64,000 nt of DNA, from the NCBI GenBank assembly GCA_003250975.1, contig QKIY01000033.1:14086-78085 (forward strand), written 5' to 3'. Every line of letters begins with the position of its first letter. Position 1 is the first letter of the stretch. The DNA comes from Gammaproteobacteria bacterium (GTDB taxonomy: Bacteria > Pseudomonadota > Gammaproteobacteria > Eutrophobiales > Eutrophobiaceae). This document shows positions 53,058 to 61,545 of the stretch, in pieces. The notes beneath the pieces are model-generated. The model had not been told where the DNA came from. It searched no databases and saw only the letters and a program-made list of their open reading frames with translations. Made by a program: the position numbers and the translations under genes.

Positions 53058-53243
53058 GTGATTCAATACCACAGCAATGTCGCTGGGCGCAATACTATCG
53101 TCAACGTTATCGTGGAAAACCGCTTCACCCGGGCGGATGCAGTTGGCAGGCACTGCCAGGCAGGGACCAATTGTGGCTCATGCATTCCAGAGATAAAACA
53201 GTTACTTGAGGAGGCCTGTTCTGACAGTGTGGGGCATCCGTAA
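53058..53243 (+). pseudogene. remnant BFD-like [2Fe-2S] domain resembling the C-terminus of assimilatory nitrate reductase NasA
   Basis: GRNTIVNVI...AVGRHCQAGTNCGSCIPEIKQLL. The N-terminal CxC pair is absent and there is an in-frame TAA at 52998. Confidence 0.5.
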
Positions 53244-53345
53244 ACAAGCCTTTTATCACACCTCACCCATAGACAGATAGCCGGCAAATGCAGGTGTGAT
53301 GACGGCGCATCCCTGCACCGTAACGGGATCCTATCCCGGAGTTTT

Positions 53346-53681
53346 TTATTCGGCCATGGCTTTGGCGCCCTTCAAGGCCAGGGCACGCACGGAGGTTGAT
53401 GCAGGCTTTGCCTTGATCATAATATCTTCCCCCGTAAACGGGTTTCTCCCCGGTCTGGCCTTGGTGGCCGGTTTTCTGACAGTTTTCATTTTTACACCCA
53501 GCTCAGGGACAACGAAGACGCCGCAACCCCTAGGCTTGAGGTGTCGTCTCGCCTGATCGGCCAGTGACACCAGAACAGCCTTGACATCTTTCTTGGATAC
53601 CCCCGTTGCCTCAGAAATCTCAGCAATGATCTGGGCCTTTGTTTGACGTTCGCTGAACGCCGTCATTTTTGAATTAGACAT
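53346..53681 (-). CDS. HU-family (histone-like) DNA-binding protein, divergent type
   Basis: TKAQIIAEISEATGVSKKDV, KPATKARPGRNPFTGE; GGAGA RBS before ATG 53681. Confidence 0.88.
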   Translation of the reverse strand: MSNSKMTAFSERQTKAQIIAEISEATGVSKKDVKAVLVSLADQARRHLKPRGCGVFVVPELGVKMKTVRKPATKARPGRNPFTGEDIMIKAKPASTSVRALALKGAKAMAE

Positions 53682-53817
53682 ATTATCTCCTTGGACGAAA
53701 TTAAAGAGCCGTGCGAAAGCCAAATAATAACAGAATTACATTACTGTTCAAAAATACATCTCGTTTGACCGGACGCGACCTGCAAAAACCATACATTAAT
53801 AATATATCCCCGTTGTG

Positions 53818-54825
53818 CTAAAACAACAGGTATTCGAAAAAGGCGTCACTCCACTGCCCCCTGCGCTCCAGGGTAAATCGTGTCAGTTCACTGAGAATAC
53901 GATTCGAATTCCTGCGCAGGGTCTCGTAGTCCGGAAGGCTGGTCCGGTTCAGTTCATCCAGGGTAGCAGGGGTTGTTGTAACAAGTTTCTCCCGCACCTC
54001 TTTCCTGTTCATCTGTTCCATAAAGAATTCATAGGGGGCAATAAATTCCCCAAAGCAGCTATCATCATTCATTCGATAGACAAACTCTATTCGCTGCATC
54101 ATGGTGAGGTGCAGGTGTTTATGCAACCAGCCAATCTTGTCCTGTGTTTCCTTGCTGCATTCCCCCAGCAAGAAGATCAGGGCTGCAAACATGGGGATAC
54201 GTCCGTTCCTGAGCTTTACATTGCGCATGTACCAGCTGTCTATCGGGTCATGTGACAAATCAAATTGATGCCAGCTACAGTAGGAGCGGAGATAACGTAT
54301 GAGATCATTCAGCAGATAGACCCATTCCTTACGCTGGTCATTGGCAAGAAACCCGGCAGCGTAACGTTCGAGCAGCGCATATCTGAGATTGTTGAACTCC
54401 ACATGACCGTATACCGGCGTTGAATCAAGCAGGATTTGCAGTCGCTTGCCGAACACATCCTTGTCATCCGCCACCTGCCCCAGGGTACTGTAATCACAGA
54501 TCTGTTCCTGGCTCGCTGGCGTCGAATAGATTCCGGACGACTTCGGCATGGGCAGACCAAGCGGCTCGAGTGCGTTCCAGACGTCCTGCATGGCACACCC
54601 TGATCGCCGCTTATCCTTAACAGCCTCATGCTTAATCAGGACGATCAGATCACAATCCGAATGGCCCATTCCCTCCAGCCTCCCAATTGAACCTGATGGT
54701 GCAACAATCAGCACATCCGGATTCCTGTCCGCCACGGGCTTGAGCAGGTCCTCCATCTGTTTGAGAGTTTTAACAGACCACTGGCGCGCGTAATTAAGGG
54801 TCGGGTAACCGGACAAGTCTAGCAT
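53818..54825 (-). CDS. Pol-beta-superfamily nucleotidyltransferase (DUF294/GlnD/GlnE-like) with helical C-terminal domain
   Basis: GSIGRLEGMGHSDCDLIVL fits GS-x10-DxD; KRLQILLDSTPVYG; LLNDLIRY...WYMRNVKLR. Confidence 0.75.
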   Translation of the reverse strand: MLDLSGYPTLNYARQWSVKTLKQMEDLLKPVADRNPDVLIVAPSGSIGRLEGMGHSDCDLIVLIKHEAVKDKRRSGCAMQDVWNALEPLGLPMPKSSGIYSTPASQEQICDYSTLGQVADDKDVFGKRLQILLDSTPVYGHVEFNNLRYALLERYAAGFLANDQRKEWVYLLNDLIRYLRSYCSWHQFDLSHDPIDSWYMRNVKLRNGRIPMFAALIFLLGECSKETQDKIGWLHKHLHLTMMQRIEFVYRMNDDSCFGEFIAPYEFFMEQMNRKEVREKLVTTTPATLDELNRTSLPDYETLRRNSNRILSELTRFTLERRGQWSDAFFEYLLF

Positions 54826-54835
54826 GAGAATTATT

Positions 54836-55840
54836 TTATTGGGGTAATGGATAATGTTCCATCAGATAACACAGACAATCCTTGCGAATTACTTCAGTAT
54901 CCAGGGTGATCATGGCAGGGATAATCGGCTTGCTCGTTACCAGCCTGCTATCAATGATTGAGAAATAGTCCTGGCTGACGTCAGTGCCTTGCTCATTTGT
55001 GACACTTAACGGGATTTCTTTACTACCAGCGATCTTGCCAATGGTGGTGCCCATCGGCAGTTCCCGAAAGTTGAAGTATTCGATCTCGCTATCCAGCCAC
55101 AGATCATAATCCTGGTGATCAAATCCGAACCGGTATTCACCGGGGATTTTAACGGTGGCAACGGTGTGATAAAGATCGATATCCCTGTTACCCAGTTGGC
55201 GATGGGGAAATTGATCCAGGTGCAGACAGGCATTAACAAATTCACAGGCATGATCAATCCCGCTAATGTCACCGGATAATCCACACTCTACGGTTACTGC
55301 CGGACACAGATCGGCAAATGCCATGCTCTGCACACCCAGGGGACGAATAAAATAGACCATGGTACGGGAGAACAAAATTCCAAGCTGGAGAAAATCGTTT
55401 TCCGTTTTATTGACACAGGCATAATGAGGATTCTTACCGGTGTTGTTATGAATATCGATACTTATGAACACATCACGACATTTCATCTCGTCCTGAATCT
55501 GCTGCATCATCCGGTATTCCGGCGTATCGCCGTTTCCCTGCCATATGCGATTGAAATCGGCCTGACCATCAAGAAAGCGTTTACCATAACGTGCTGCCTG
55601 AACATTGCCGATAAAAACAGAAAGAGAACGTGGCAGTTTACGTTCTGTGTAATCTAGTAATAATTTTCGCACTGCCTCCCAGCCGGTATGCTCATTACCA
55701 TGCAATAACACGGAAATAAACACCGGTTGCTTTCTGCGGCCCTGAAGATGGATCAGAGTCGGGCCCGATAACCTGCTGTATAACTGTTCGGCCGGTAACA
55801 GCAGGATATCGTCATTGATTGAATCAAGGACCGTCAGCAT
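54836..55840 (-). CDS. M14 Zn-carboxypeptidase-like deacylase (succinylglutamate desuccinylase/aspartoacylase family)
   Basis: HGNE (HxxE), IGNV.A, DFNR, DIHN, VTVECG; AstE-like C-terminal barrel. Confidence 0.88.
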   Translation of the reverse strand: MLTVLDSINDDILLLPAEQLYSRLSGPTLIHLQGRRKQPVFISVLLHGNEHTGWEAVRKLLLDYTERKLPRSLSVFIGNVQAARYGKRFLDGQADFNRIWQGNGDTPEYRMMQQIQDEMKCRDVFISIDIHNNTGKNPHYACVNKTENDFLQLGILFSRTMVYFIRPLGVQSMAFADLCPAVTVECGLSGDISGIDHACEFVNACLHLDQFPHRQLGNRDIDLYHTVATVKIPGEYRFGFDHQDYDLWLDSEIEYFNFRELPMGTTIGKIAGSKEIPLSVTNEQGTDVSQDYFSIIDSRLVTSKPIIPAMITLDTEVIRKDCLCYLMEHYPLPQ

Positions 55841-57256
55841 TTACACATCCCACTCGTGAACCGGGGCCCCCTTATGCTGGTGTTCAAGGTAGGCCTTGCT
55901 CAGTTGATTCATGTCCTTGCCATATTTCTCAACCCACCGTCGCTGCCAGACTGCGCCATTTTGCCCGCTGGTAATGCGTGCCTCTATCACGGAAAGGTAT
56001 TTTTTCCTGCTGTCATCCGCTATGCCGAGTTTCAGCAACCCGTTATCTGCTGCTGTCAATAGTTGCCCCTGAATCAGCTCATCTACCGGATATTGTTGTC
56101 CATCCAGCCAGTGCAAAGATGACCTTAGGCCATAACGTGCAGCATTGTAGAAATTTTGCCTGACAATCGGAAACTCAAGCAGTTGTTCAGGAGGCTGTGT
56201 CATTGTGGCGGTATAGTGCAATAGCCCCCAGTAAAATGCCGCGTTGGCAATCATGTCGATGATTGAGGGTCCTGAAGGAACGACGCGATTTTCAATCCTC
56301 AGGTGAATATTACCCTCTCTGTCAAAACCTACTAATGGCCGGTTCCAGCGCCAGATTGTCCCGTTATGCAATCTTAGATGATACAGCTCGGCTTCATTTA
56401 GCTTGCTGTTCAAGGGGATCAGGATGGCATAGTTGTTAAGATTTTCCTCAAAACAGGAAAATAGGGAACCCCTCACATAATCATGTCCAAAGGTAACCCG
56501 CTTGTTTTTTTCCAGGCCAACGTCCACTGACTGTTCAAACAAGCGAATACGTGTTTCATCCCAAAGATCACAACCAAATAGGTAGGGTGAGTTAGCGCTG
56601 GCGGCAACAAGTGGAGCAGAAATAACCTGTGCCGCATTATACGTTCGCACAGCCTCATCCTGTGCCACCTGATAATGAATCTGGAGGGACGTAGTAGCCG
56701 CTTCAAGCATGACATCATGATGTACGGTATTTAGATGGTCCTTGCCACGGATATTCAGGGTCAGCGGGACACCATTACGCATTGCCAGTACCTGCTCATT
56801 CAATGCGCGGTAACGCTGACTGGTTGACATATGTTGGACGGTGAGTTCCCCGTCGACAATGCCCGGATGGATCCCGATGGCCATGACATCCGCGTCCAGG
56901 CTACCTGCTACCTGGTAACAGCGCTCCCAGGTCGCTGACAACTCGGCATGCAGTTTGTCCAGGGCGTCATTTTTCAGCACCTGTGGCTCAACATTGATTT
57001 CAAAATTGAATTGCGCCAGTTCATGCACGACCTTGGGATGGTTCAATGTGTGGAGAAATTTTTCATTTAAAGGTACAGGAACTGCTTCTCTGTTTACCAA
57101 CCAGGCCTCTACTTCAAATCCACCTGTATTATGGGCACAGGCAAATCGATTATCGCGAAAATACTGTTGCAGGATACTGGTCTCGGATCGCAGATATTCC
57201 TGGAAAGCACTGAAATCATGCTTGGTGAACTTACTGGTTGGTATTTCCTGCCCCAT
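55841..57256 (-). CDS. GCS2-type glutamate-cysteine-ligase-like carboxylate-amine ligase
   Basis: GFEVE, HELAQFNFEIN, SLQIH, ANSPYLFG, ETRIRLFEQS, IWRWNRP, LRIENR, NGAVWQ. Confidence 0.85.
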   Translation of the reverse strand: MGQEIPTSKFTKHDFSAFQEYLRSETSILQQYFRDNRFACAHNTGGFEVEAWLVNREAVPVPLNEKFLHTLNHPKVVHELAQFNFEINVEPQVLKNDALDKLHAELSATWERCYQVAGSLDADVMAIGIHPGIVDGELTVQHMSTSQRYRALNEQVLAMRNGVPLTLNIRGKDHLNTVHHDVMLEAATTSLQIHYQVAQDEAVRTYNAAQVISAPLVAASANSPYLFGCDLWDETRIRLFEQSVDVGLEKNKRVTFGHDYVRGSLFSCFEENLNNYAILIPLNSKLNEAELYHLRLHNGTIWRWNRPLVGFDREGNIHLRIENRVVPSGPSIIDMIANAAFYWGLLHYTATMTQPPEQLLEFPIVRQNFYNAARYGLRSSLHWLDGQQYPVDELIQGQLLTAADNGLLKLGIADDSRKKYLSVIEARITSGQNGAVWQRRWVEKYGKDMNQLSKAYLEHQHKGAPVHEWDV

Positions 57257-57325
57257 AATTGATCAACATTAATTTTATTCGATTGTAGCGGTGAAGCCGG
57301 ATGATTCAAATAGTATCATTTCAAT

Positions 57326-58087
57326 ATGATTCGAGGCGTATTACTTGATCTCAGTGGTGTTCTTTATATAGAAGACTGTCGTCTGCCGGGCGCGAAAACA
57401 GCAATTAACAAACTGATCCAGGCCGGCCTGCCGGTACGATATATCACCAATACGACCCGCAAGACCACTAGAACCGTACTCAGACAAATGACAGATATGC
57501 AGTTCTATATAAAACCTGATGAACTGTTTACAGCATCCGTTGCCGCCAGGAACTATCTCAAACAGCATGGCCTGAGGCCGTATCTGCTGATACATCCTGC
57601 ACTGGAGGAAGAATTTGCGGATTTCGATCAAGCAGGAGCTATTAATGCAGTCCTAATCGGAGACGCGGCGCAAGGTTTTACCTATGCACGAATGAACAGG
57701 GCATTCCGTTATCTTATGGACGGCGCAGAATTTCTTGCCCTGGGTATCAACCGCTATTTCAGGGAGTCGGATGGCCTCAGTCTGGATGCCGGGCCGTTTG
57801 TACAGGCATTGGAATATGCAACAGGAAGGCAGGCGAATGTAATCGGCAAACCTTCAGCTGATTTCTATATGAGTGCAGTCGGCAGCATGGGATGCGATGC
57901 GAGCGATGTCATGATGGTAGGCGATGATGTGGAGTCGGATGTGAACGGCGCCATCAGGGCCGGCCTGCAGGGTCTGCTGGTAATGACAGGGAAATTCACT
58001 GCTGAAGACGAAGGAAAGATCCTTCCGGGCGGTCTGTGCTGTGCCGATATCAGCGAGGCAGTAGAAACTATCCTGCAACTGGCCTGA
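57326..58087 (+). CDS. HAD-IIA hydrolase (LHPP/HDHD2-like)
   Basis: LLDLSGVL, TNTT, IGKPS, VGDDVESDV, TGKF. Confidence 0.88.
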   Translation: MIRGVLLDLSGVLYIEDCRLPGAKTAINKLIQAGLPVRYITNTTRKTTRTVLRQMTDMQFYIKPDELFTASVAARNYLKQHGLRPYLLIHPALEEEFADFDQAGAINAVLIGDAAQGFTYARMNRAFRYLMDGAEFLALGINRYFRESDGLSLDAGPFVQALEYATGRQANVIGKPSADFYMSAVGSMGCDASDVMMVGDDVESDVNGAIRAGLQGLLVMTGKFTAEDEGKILPGGLCCADISEAVETILQLA

Positions 58088-58147
58088 ATTTACTGCCCGG
58101 TCATCTGCGATGTTATGATCGCGCTGTCCACGTTAAGGAATACTACA

Positions 58148-59032
58148 ATGAAAATAACCACATTCCTGTATAAAGACTCTGAATATGTGGGGGCCGTACT
58201 GGATGAAGCCGTTGTCCCCTTCGATCTAGCGGCACCTATCAGCATGAACCGGTTTCTTGCCGGGGGAGATTTGCTCCAGGACCGTCTGCAGCAAAAGATA
58301 GATTCCGGCAAAGAACAACTTCCCCTGTCGGAAGTGAAGTTGCTGGCCCCCGTTCCGCGGCCTACCAAGTATTTTGGCGTGAGCCTGAATTACGCCGACC
58401 ATATCGAGGAAACCGGGCTGGAACGCCCCGAATATCCCACCTTTTTCAACAAACAGGTCAGTTGCGTCATCGGTCCCGGGCAAGCCATACACCGGCCGAA
58501 CATTTCGGAAAAACTCGACTATGAGGGTGAGCTGGGCCTGGTGATTGGTCGCCGCTGCCGCCACGTCAGCCGGGAACAGGCGAAGGGCGTTATCGGCGCC
58601 TACACGATCTGCAACGACGTGTCGGTGCGTGACTGGCAGATGCGTTCACACACCTGGACGCTAGGCAAATCATTCGACACACACGGGCCAATAGGTCCCT
58701 GGCTGGTCACCACGGACGAGATCGGTGATCCGCATACCCTAGACATCAAGACCTGGGTCAATGATGAGCAACGGCAATCCTCCAATACGGATCAGTTGAT
58801 CTTCGATTGCTACTACTTGGTGGAATACCTTTCCAGGGTCATGACACTGGAACCAGGCGACATTATCGCCACCGGGACCAGCAGCGGTGTCGGTGTCAAG
58901 ATGAAACCGCGCGGTTATATGCATCCCGGCGATACAGTGCGCGTTGAAGTGGAGAAGATCGGGGTCCTTGAGAACCCGGTGATCCAGGAACCGGACGATA
59001 CAGCATTTATCGACCCGCCCCTGGCTACATAA
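58148..59032 (+). CDS. fumarylacetoacetate hydrolase family protein
   Basis: NYADH, DYEGEL, NDVSVRD, GKSFD, GDIIATGT; AAGGAA RBS. Confidence 0.92.
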   Translation: MKITTFLYKDSEYVGAVLDEAVVPFDLAAPISMNRFLAGGDLLQDRLQQKIDSGKEQLPLSEVKLLAPVPRPTKYFGVSLNYADHIEETGLERPEYPTFFNKQVSCVIGPGQAIHRPNISEKLDYEGELGLVIGRRCRHVSREQAKGVIGAYTICNDVSVRDWQMRSHTWTLGKSFDTHGPIGPWLVTTDEIGDPHTLDIKTWVNDEQRQSSNTDQLIFDCYYLVEYLSRVMTLEPGDIIATGTSSGVGVKMKPRGYMHPGDTVRVEVEKIGVLENPVIQEPDDTAFIDPPLAT

Positions 59033-59033
59033 T

Positions 59034-59621
59034 TTATTGTTCCGGGTTTAGCATCTGCAGTAGTGACTGGATCTGTGCCAGCCGTTGCAAGGGGTCATCA
59101 GTCTCCAGCAAGGCTTGTTTTTCATCGAGGTCCAGTGGCAATAACTCGGCCAGGCGGCAACTGACCCAGCCAGCATCCAAGTATTTTTCCGGCCCGGTCA
59201 GGTGGGAGAGGTCAAATTTCTCGGCGATCTGCCGGAGCAGGTCCGAGAGTAAGTGGAATTCAACCGGCAACTCCTCATCTTCATTCTCATCCATGACCTC
59301 GACATCACCTTCCAGCAGGCCGTTTGGCCGCAGCCGTTTTTCGATGATCTGGAAACGCCTGCCGCCCTTGACGGTGATCCGGAGTACGCCATCTTCGTCC
59401 TGGCCCCAGTCAATAATATGGGCAAAGGTCCCGATAGTGTGGCATTCGGCTGGCTCGCCAACCTCTTTCCCTTCACGAATCAAACAGATACCAAAGCAAC
59501 TCTCTGAACGTAAAGACTCACTAACCATGTCTAGATAACGGCTCTCAAATACCCTCAGGGGCAGCAGGCCCTCCGGGAAGAGGACGGTATTGAGAGGGAA
59601 AAGAGGCAGATTTTTCAGCAT
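59034..59621 (-). CDS. Lon N-terminal substrate-binding domain protein
   Basis: LPLFPLNTVLFP, LRVFESRYLDMV, RLAELLP...KQALL. Confidence 0.9.
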   Translation of the reverse strand: MLKNLPLFPLNTVLFPEGLLPLRVFESRYLDMVSESLRSESCFGICLIREGKEVGEPAECHTIGTFAHIIDWGQDEDGVLRITVKGGRRFQIIEKRLRPNGLLEGDVEVMDENEDEELPVEFHLLSDLLRQIAEKFDLSHLTGPEKYLDAGWVSCRLAELLPLDLDEKQALLETDDPLQRLAQIQSLLQMLNPEQ

Positions 59622-60976
59622 GTTTCCTGTAGTCGGCTGATCAGTTTCTGGTGAATCCCGCCAAAGGAGCCATTACTCATAATGACGATCTGATCACCGG
59701 GCTGGGTCATATTGGCAACCGCCTCAACGATGTCATCAATACTGGAATATACCACCCGCTTCTCCCCCAGGCTGCTGGTGGCTTGATCGATATCCCACTG
59801 AATATTTGTAGGCCGAAACAAAAGCACCTGGTCGGCCAGGGCAAAAGCGGAGGCCAGTGTGGCCTTGTGCACCCCCTGGCGCATGGTATTGGAGCGCGGC
59901 TCCATGATAGCAATGATCCGGCGCTGTCCTGCCCGGGCACGCAAGGCCTCCAGGGTTACCCGGATGGCCGTGGGATGGTGGGCAAAGTCATCATAGACCG
60001 AAATCCCGTTAATTGTTTCTAAATGTTCCAATCTTCGCCTAACATTCACGAAACTCGCTAATGCCTCACACACTTCGCCGGCTGTTATACCAACATGCCC
60101 AGCAGCAGCAGCGGTGGCTAGGGCATTCAATGCATTATGCCTGCCATACAGGTCCCACCGGATGATCCCTCCCGGCTGGCCGTCCACTACGAGCTCGAAA
60201 TCACTGAAATCATCCTGCAAGGGTTTAGCGCGCCAACGGGCCTTGTCTTCGCCAAAATATTCAACCGGAGTCCAGCAGCCCTCTGCCAGGAGGCGCTGGA
60301 TCTCGGGGTCATTGGCTTGGGCGATGATCAGACCATGCCGGGGTATAGTCCGTATCAGGCGATGAAATTCGCGCCTGATATCGGCAATATCAGCGAAGAT
60401 GTCTGCATGATCGAACTCGATATTATTAATAATGAGCGTCCGTGGGTGATAATGGATAAATTTTGAGCGCTTATCAAAAAACGCCGTATCATATTCATCG
60501 GCCTCGACTACAAAGTATTTCTCCTGACCCAGTCGGGCCGATACACCGAAGTTTCCCGGCACGCCACCAATCAAAAAACCGGGGCTCAGACCCTCCACCT
60601 CCAGCGTCCAGGCCAGCATAGAGGCCGTGGTCGTCTTGCCGTGGGTGCCCGCAACAGCAAGGACATGGCGGCCTGCCAGGACATTCTCATACAGCCATTG
60701 CGGGCCAGAGATATAACGCAGACCTGCATCCAGCATGTGTTCCACGCAGGGGTTTCCTCGAGACATGGCATTGCCCACAATCACCAGGTCGGGCGCCGGC
60801 TCCAGATGCATCGGGTCATAACCCTCGCAGAGGATGATCCCCTGCTCCATTAACTGGGTACTCATGGGGGGATAAACATTGCTATCCGAACCACTGACCT
60901 CATGACCCAATTCGCGTGCCAGCAGGGCCAGGCCGCCCATGAAGGTGCCACAGACACCGAGGATGTGAATTTTCAT
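59615..60976 (-). CDS. mpl: murein peptide ligase (UDP-MurNAc:L-Ala-gamma-D-Glu-mDAP ligase)
   Basis: IHILGVCGTFMG, GTHGKTTT, EADEYDTAFFDKRSKF, DDFAHHP, EPRSNTM; ATG 60976. Confidence 0.96.
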   Translation of the reverse strand: MKIHILGVCGTFMGGLALLARELGHEVSGSDSNVYPPMSTQLMEQGIILCEGYDPMHLEPAPDLVIVGNAMSRGNPCVEHMLDAGLRYISGPQWLYENVLAGRHVLAVAGTHGKTTTASMLAWTLEVEGLSPGFLIGGVPGNFGVSARLGQEKYFVVEADEYDTAFFDKRSKFIHYHPRTLIINNIEFDHADIFADIADIRREFHRLIRTIPRHGLIIAQANDPEIQRLLAEGCWTPVEYFGEDKARWRAKPLQDDFSDFELVVDGQPGGIIRWDLYGRHNALNALATAAAAGHVGITAGEVCEALASFVNVRRRLEHLETINGISVYDDFAHHPTAIRVTLEALRARAGQRRIIAIMEPRSNTMRQGVHKATLASAFALADQVLLFRPTNIQWDIDQATSSLGEKRVVYSSIDDIVEAVANMTQPGDQIVIMSNGSFGGIHQKLISRLQETC

Positions 60977-61497
60977 TGCGACTCCAGGATGGGTAACAGC
61001 ACTGAAATCAGCGTGGAGGTAATCACGATGTAGATTATGGCAAACACGATTCCAAAACCCAATGTGGTCGTCAGAGCATGGCGCAGGATATGGCCCATCA
61101 CCAGGATGTTCCAGAACAACAAGGCAAGATAGCCCAGCACTGCCACAGCCTGTAACAGGCCACCGGGTTGTGTGAGCAGTCCACTGTAAAGTAGCGGTAT
61201 GGCAAACAGGCTGATGATACAACCCGTACCGAAGATCGCAGTTAGCGTCTGCTGCAGGCGTTCAAAGTGACGGTTCAATTGCAGGATAACTAATGTGATT
61301 AGAGCAACCAGTGCAAGTTCCACCATACTGCTCAGCAGGGCTTGTTTCGGGGTTGCAGAAACAAGCATGAGCAGGCTGCTTATCAGCAGATAGGCCACTG
61401 CCGATACAGCCAATAATTCCGGGGAGCCGGGCAAGTCCTGAGGCTTTCTGCGCAGCAGGCAGATCTCGAAAAAAAACTTGAAGAGAGTGGTCAGCAT
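60973..61497 (-). CDS. conserved membrane protein upstream of mpl
   Basis: About 5 TM segments; ICLLRRKPQDLP and HILRHAL; ATGA coupling to mpl. Confidence 0.75.
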   Translation of the reverse strand: MLTTLFKFFFEICLLRRKPQDLPGSPELLAVSAVAYLLISSLLMLVSATPKQALLSSMVELALVALITLVILQLNRHFERLQQTLTAIFGTGCIISLFAIPLLYSGLLTQPGGLLQAVAVLGYLALLFWNILVMGHILRHALTTTLGFGIVFAIIYIVITSTLISVLLPILESQ

Positions 61498-61545
61498 ACG
61501 TACTGGCTCACAGACTTATCTATGACATCGAGAGGCCGGAGCCGC

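Noticed and set aside
60977..61222. Long N-terminal extensions in the ORF track for mpl (likewise rppH to 63987 and htpG to 45524)
   Set aside because: Family homology begins at downstream ATGs (60976, 63762, 45458). The extensions overlap other genes or promoters.
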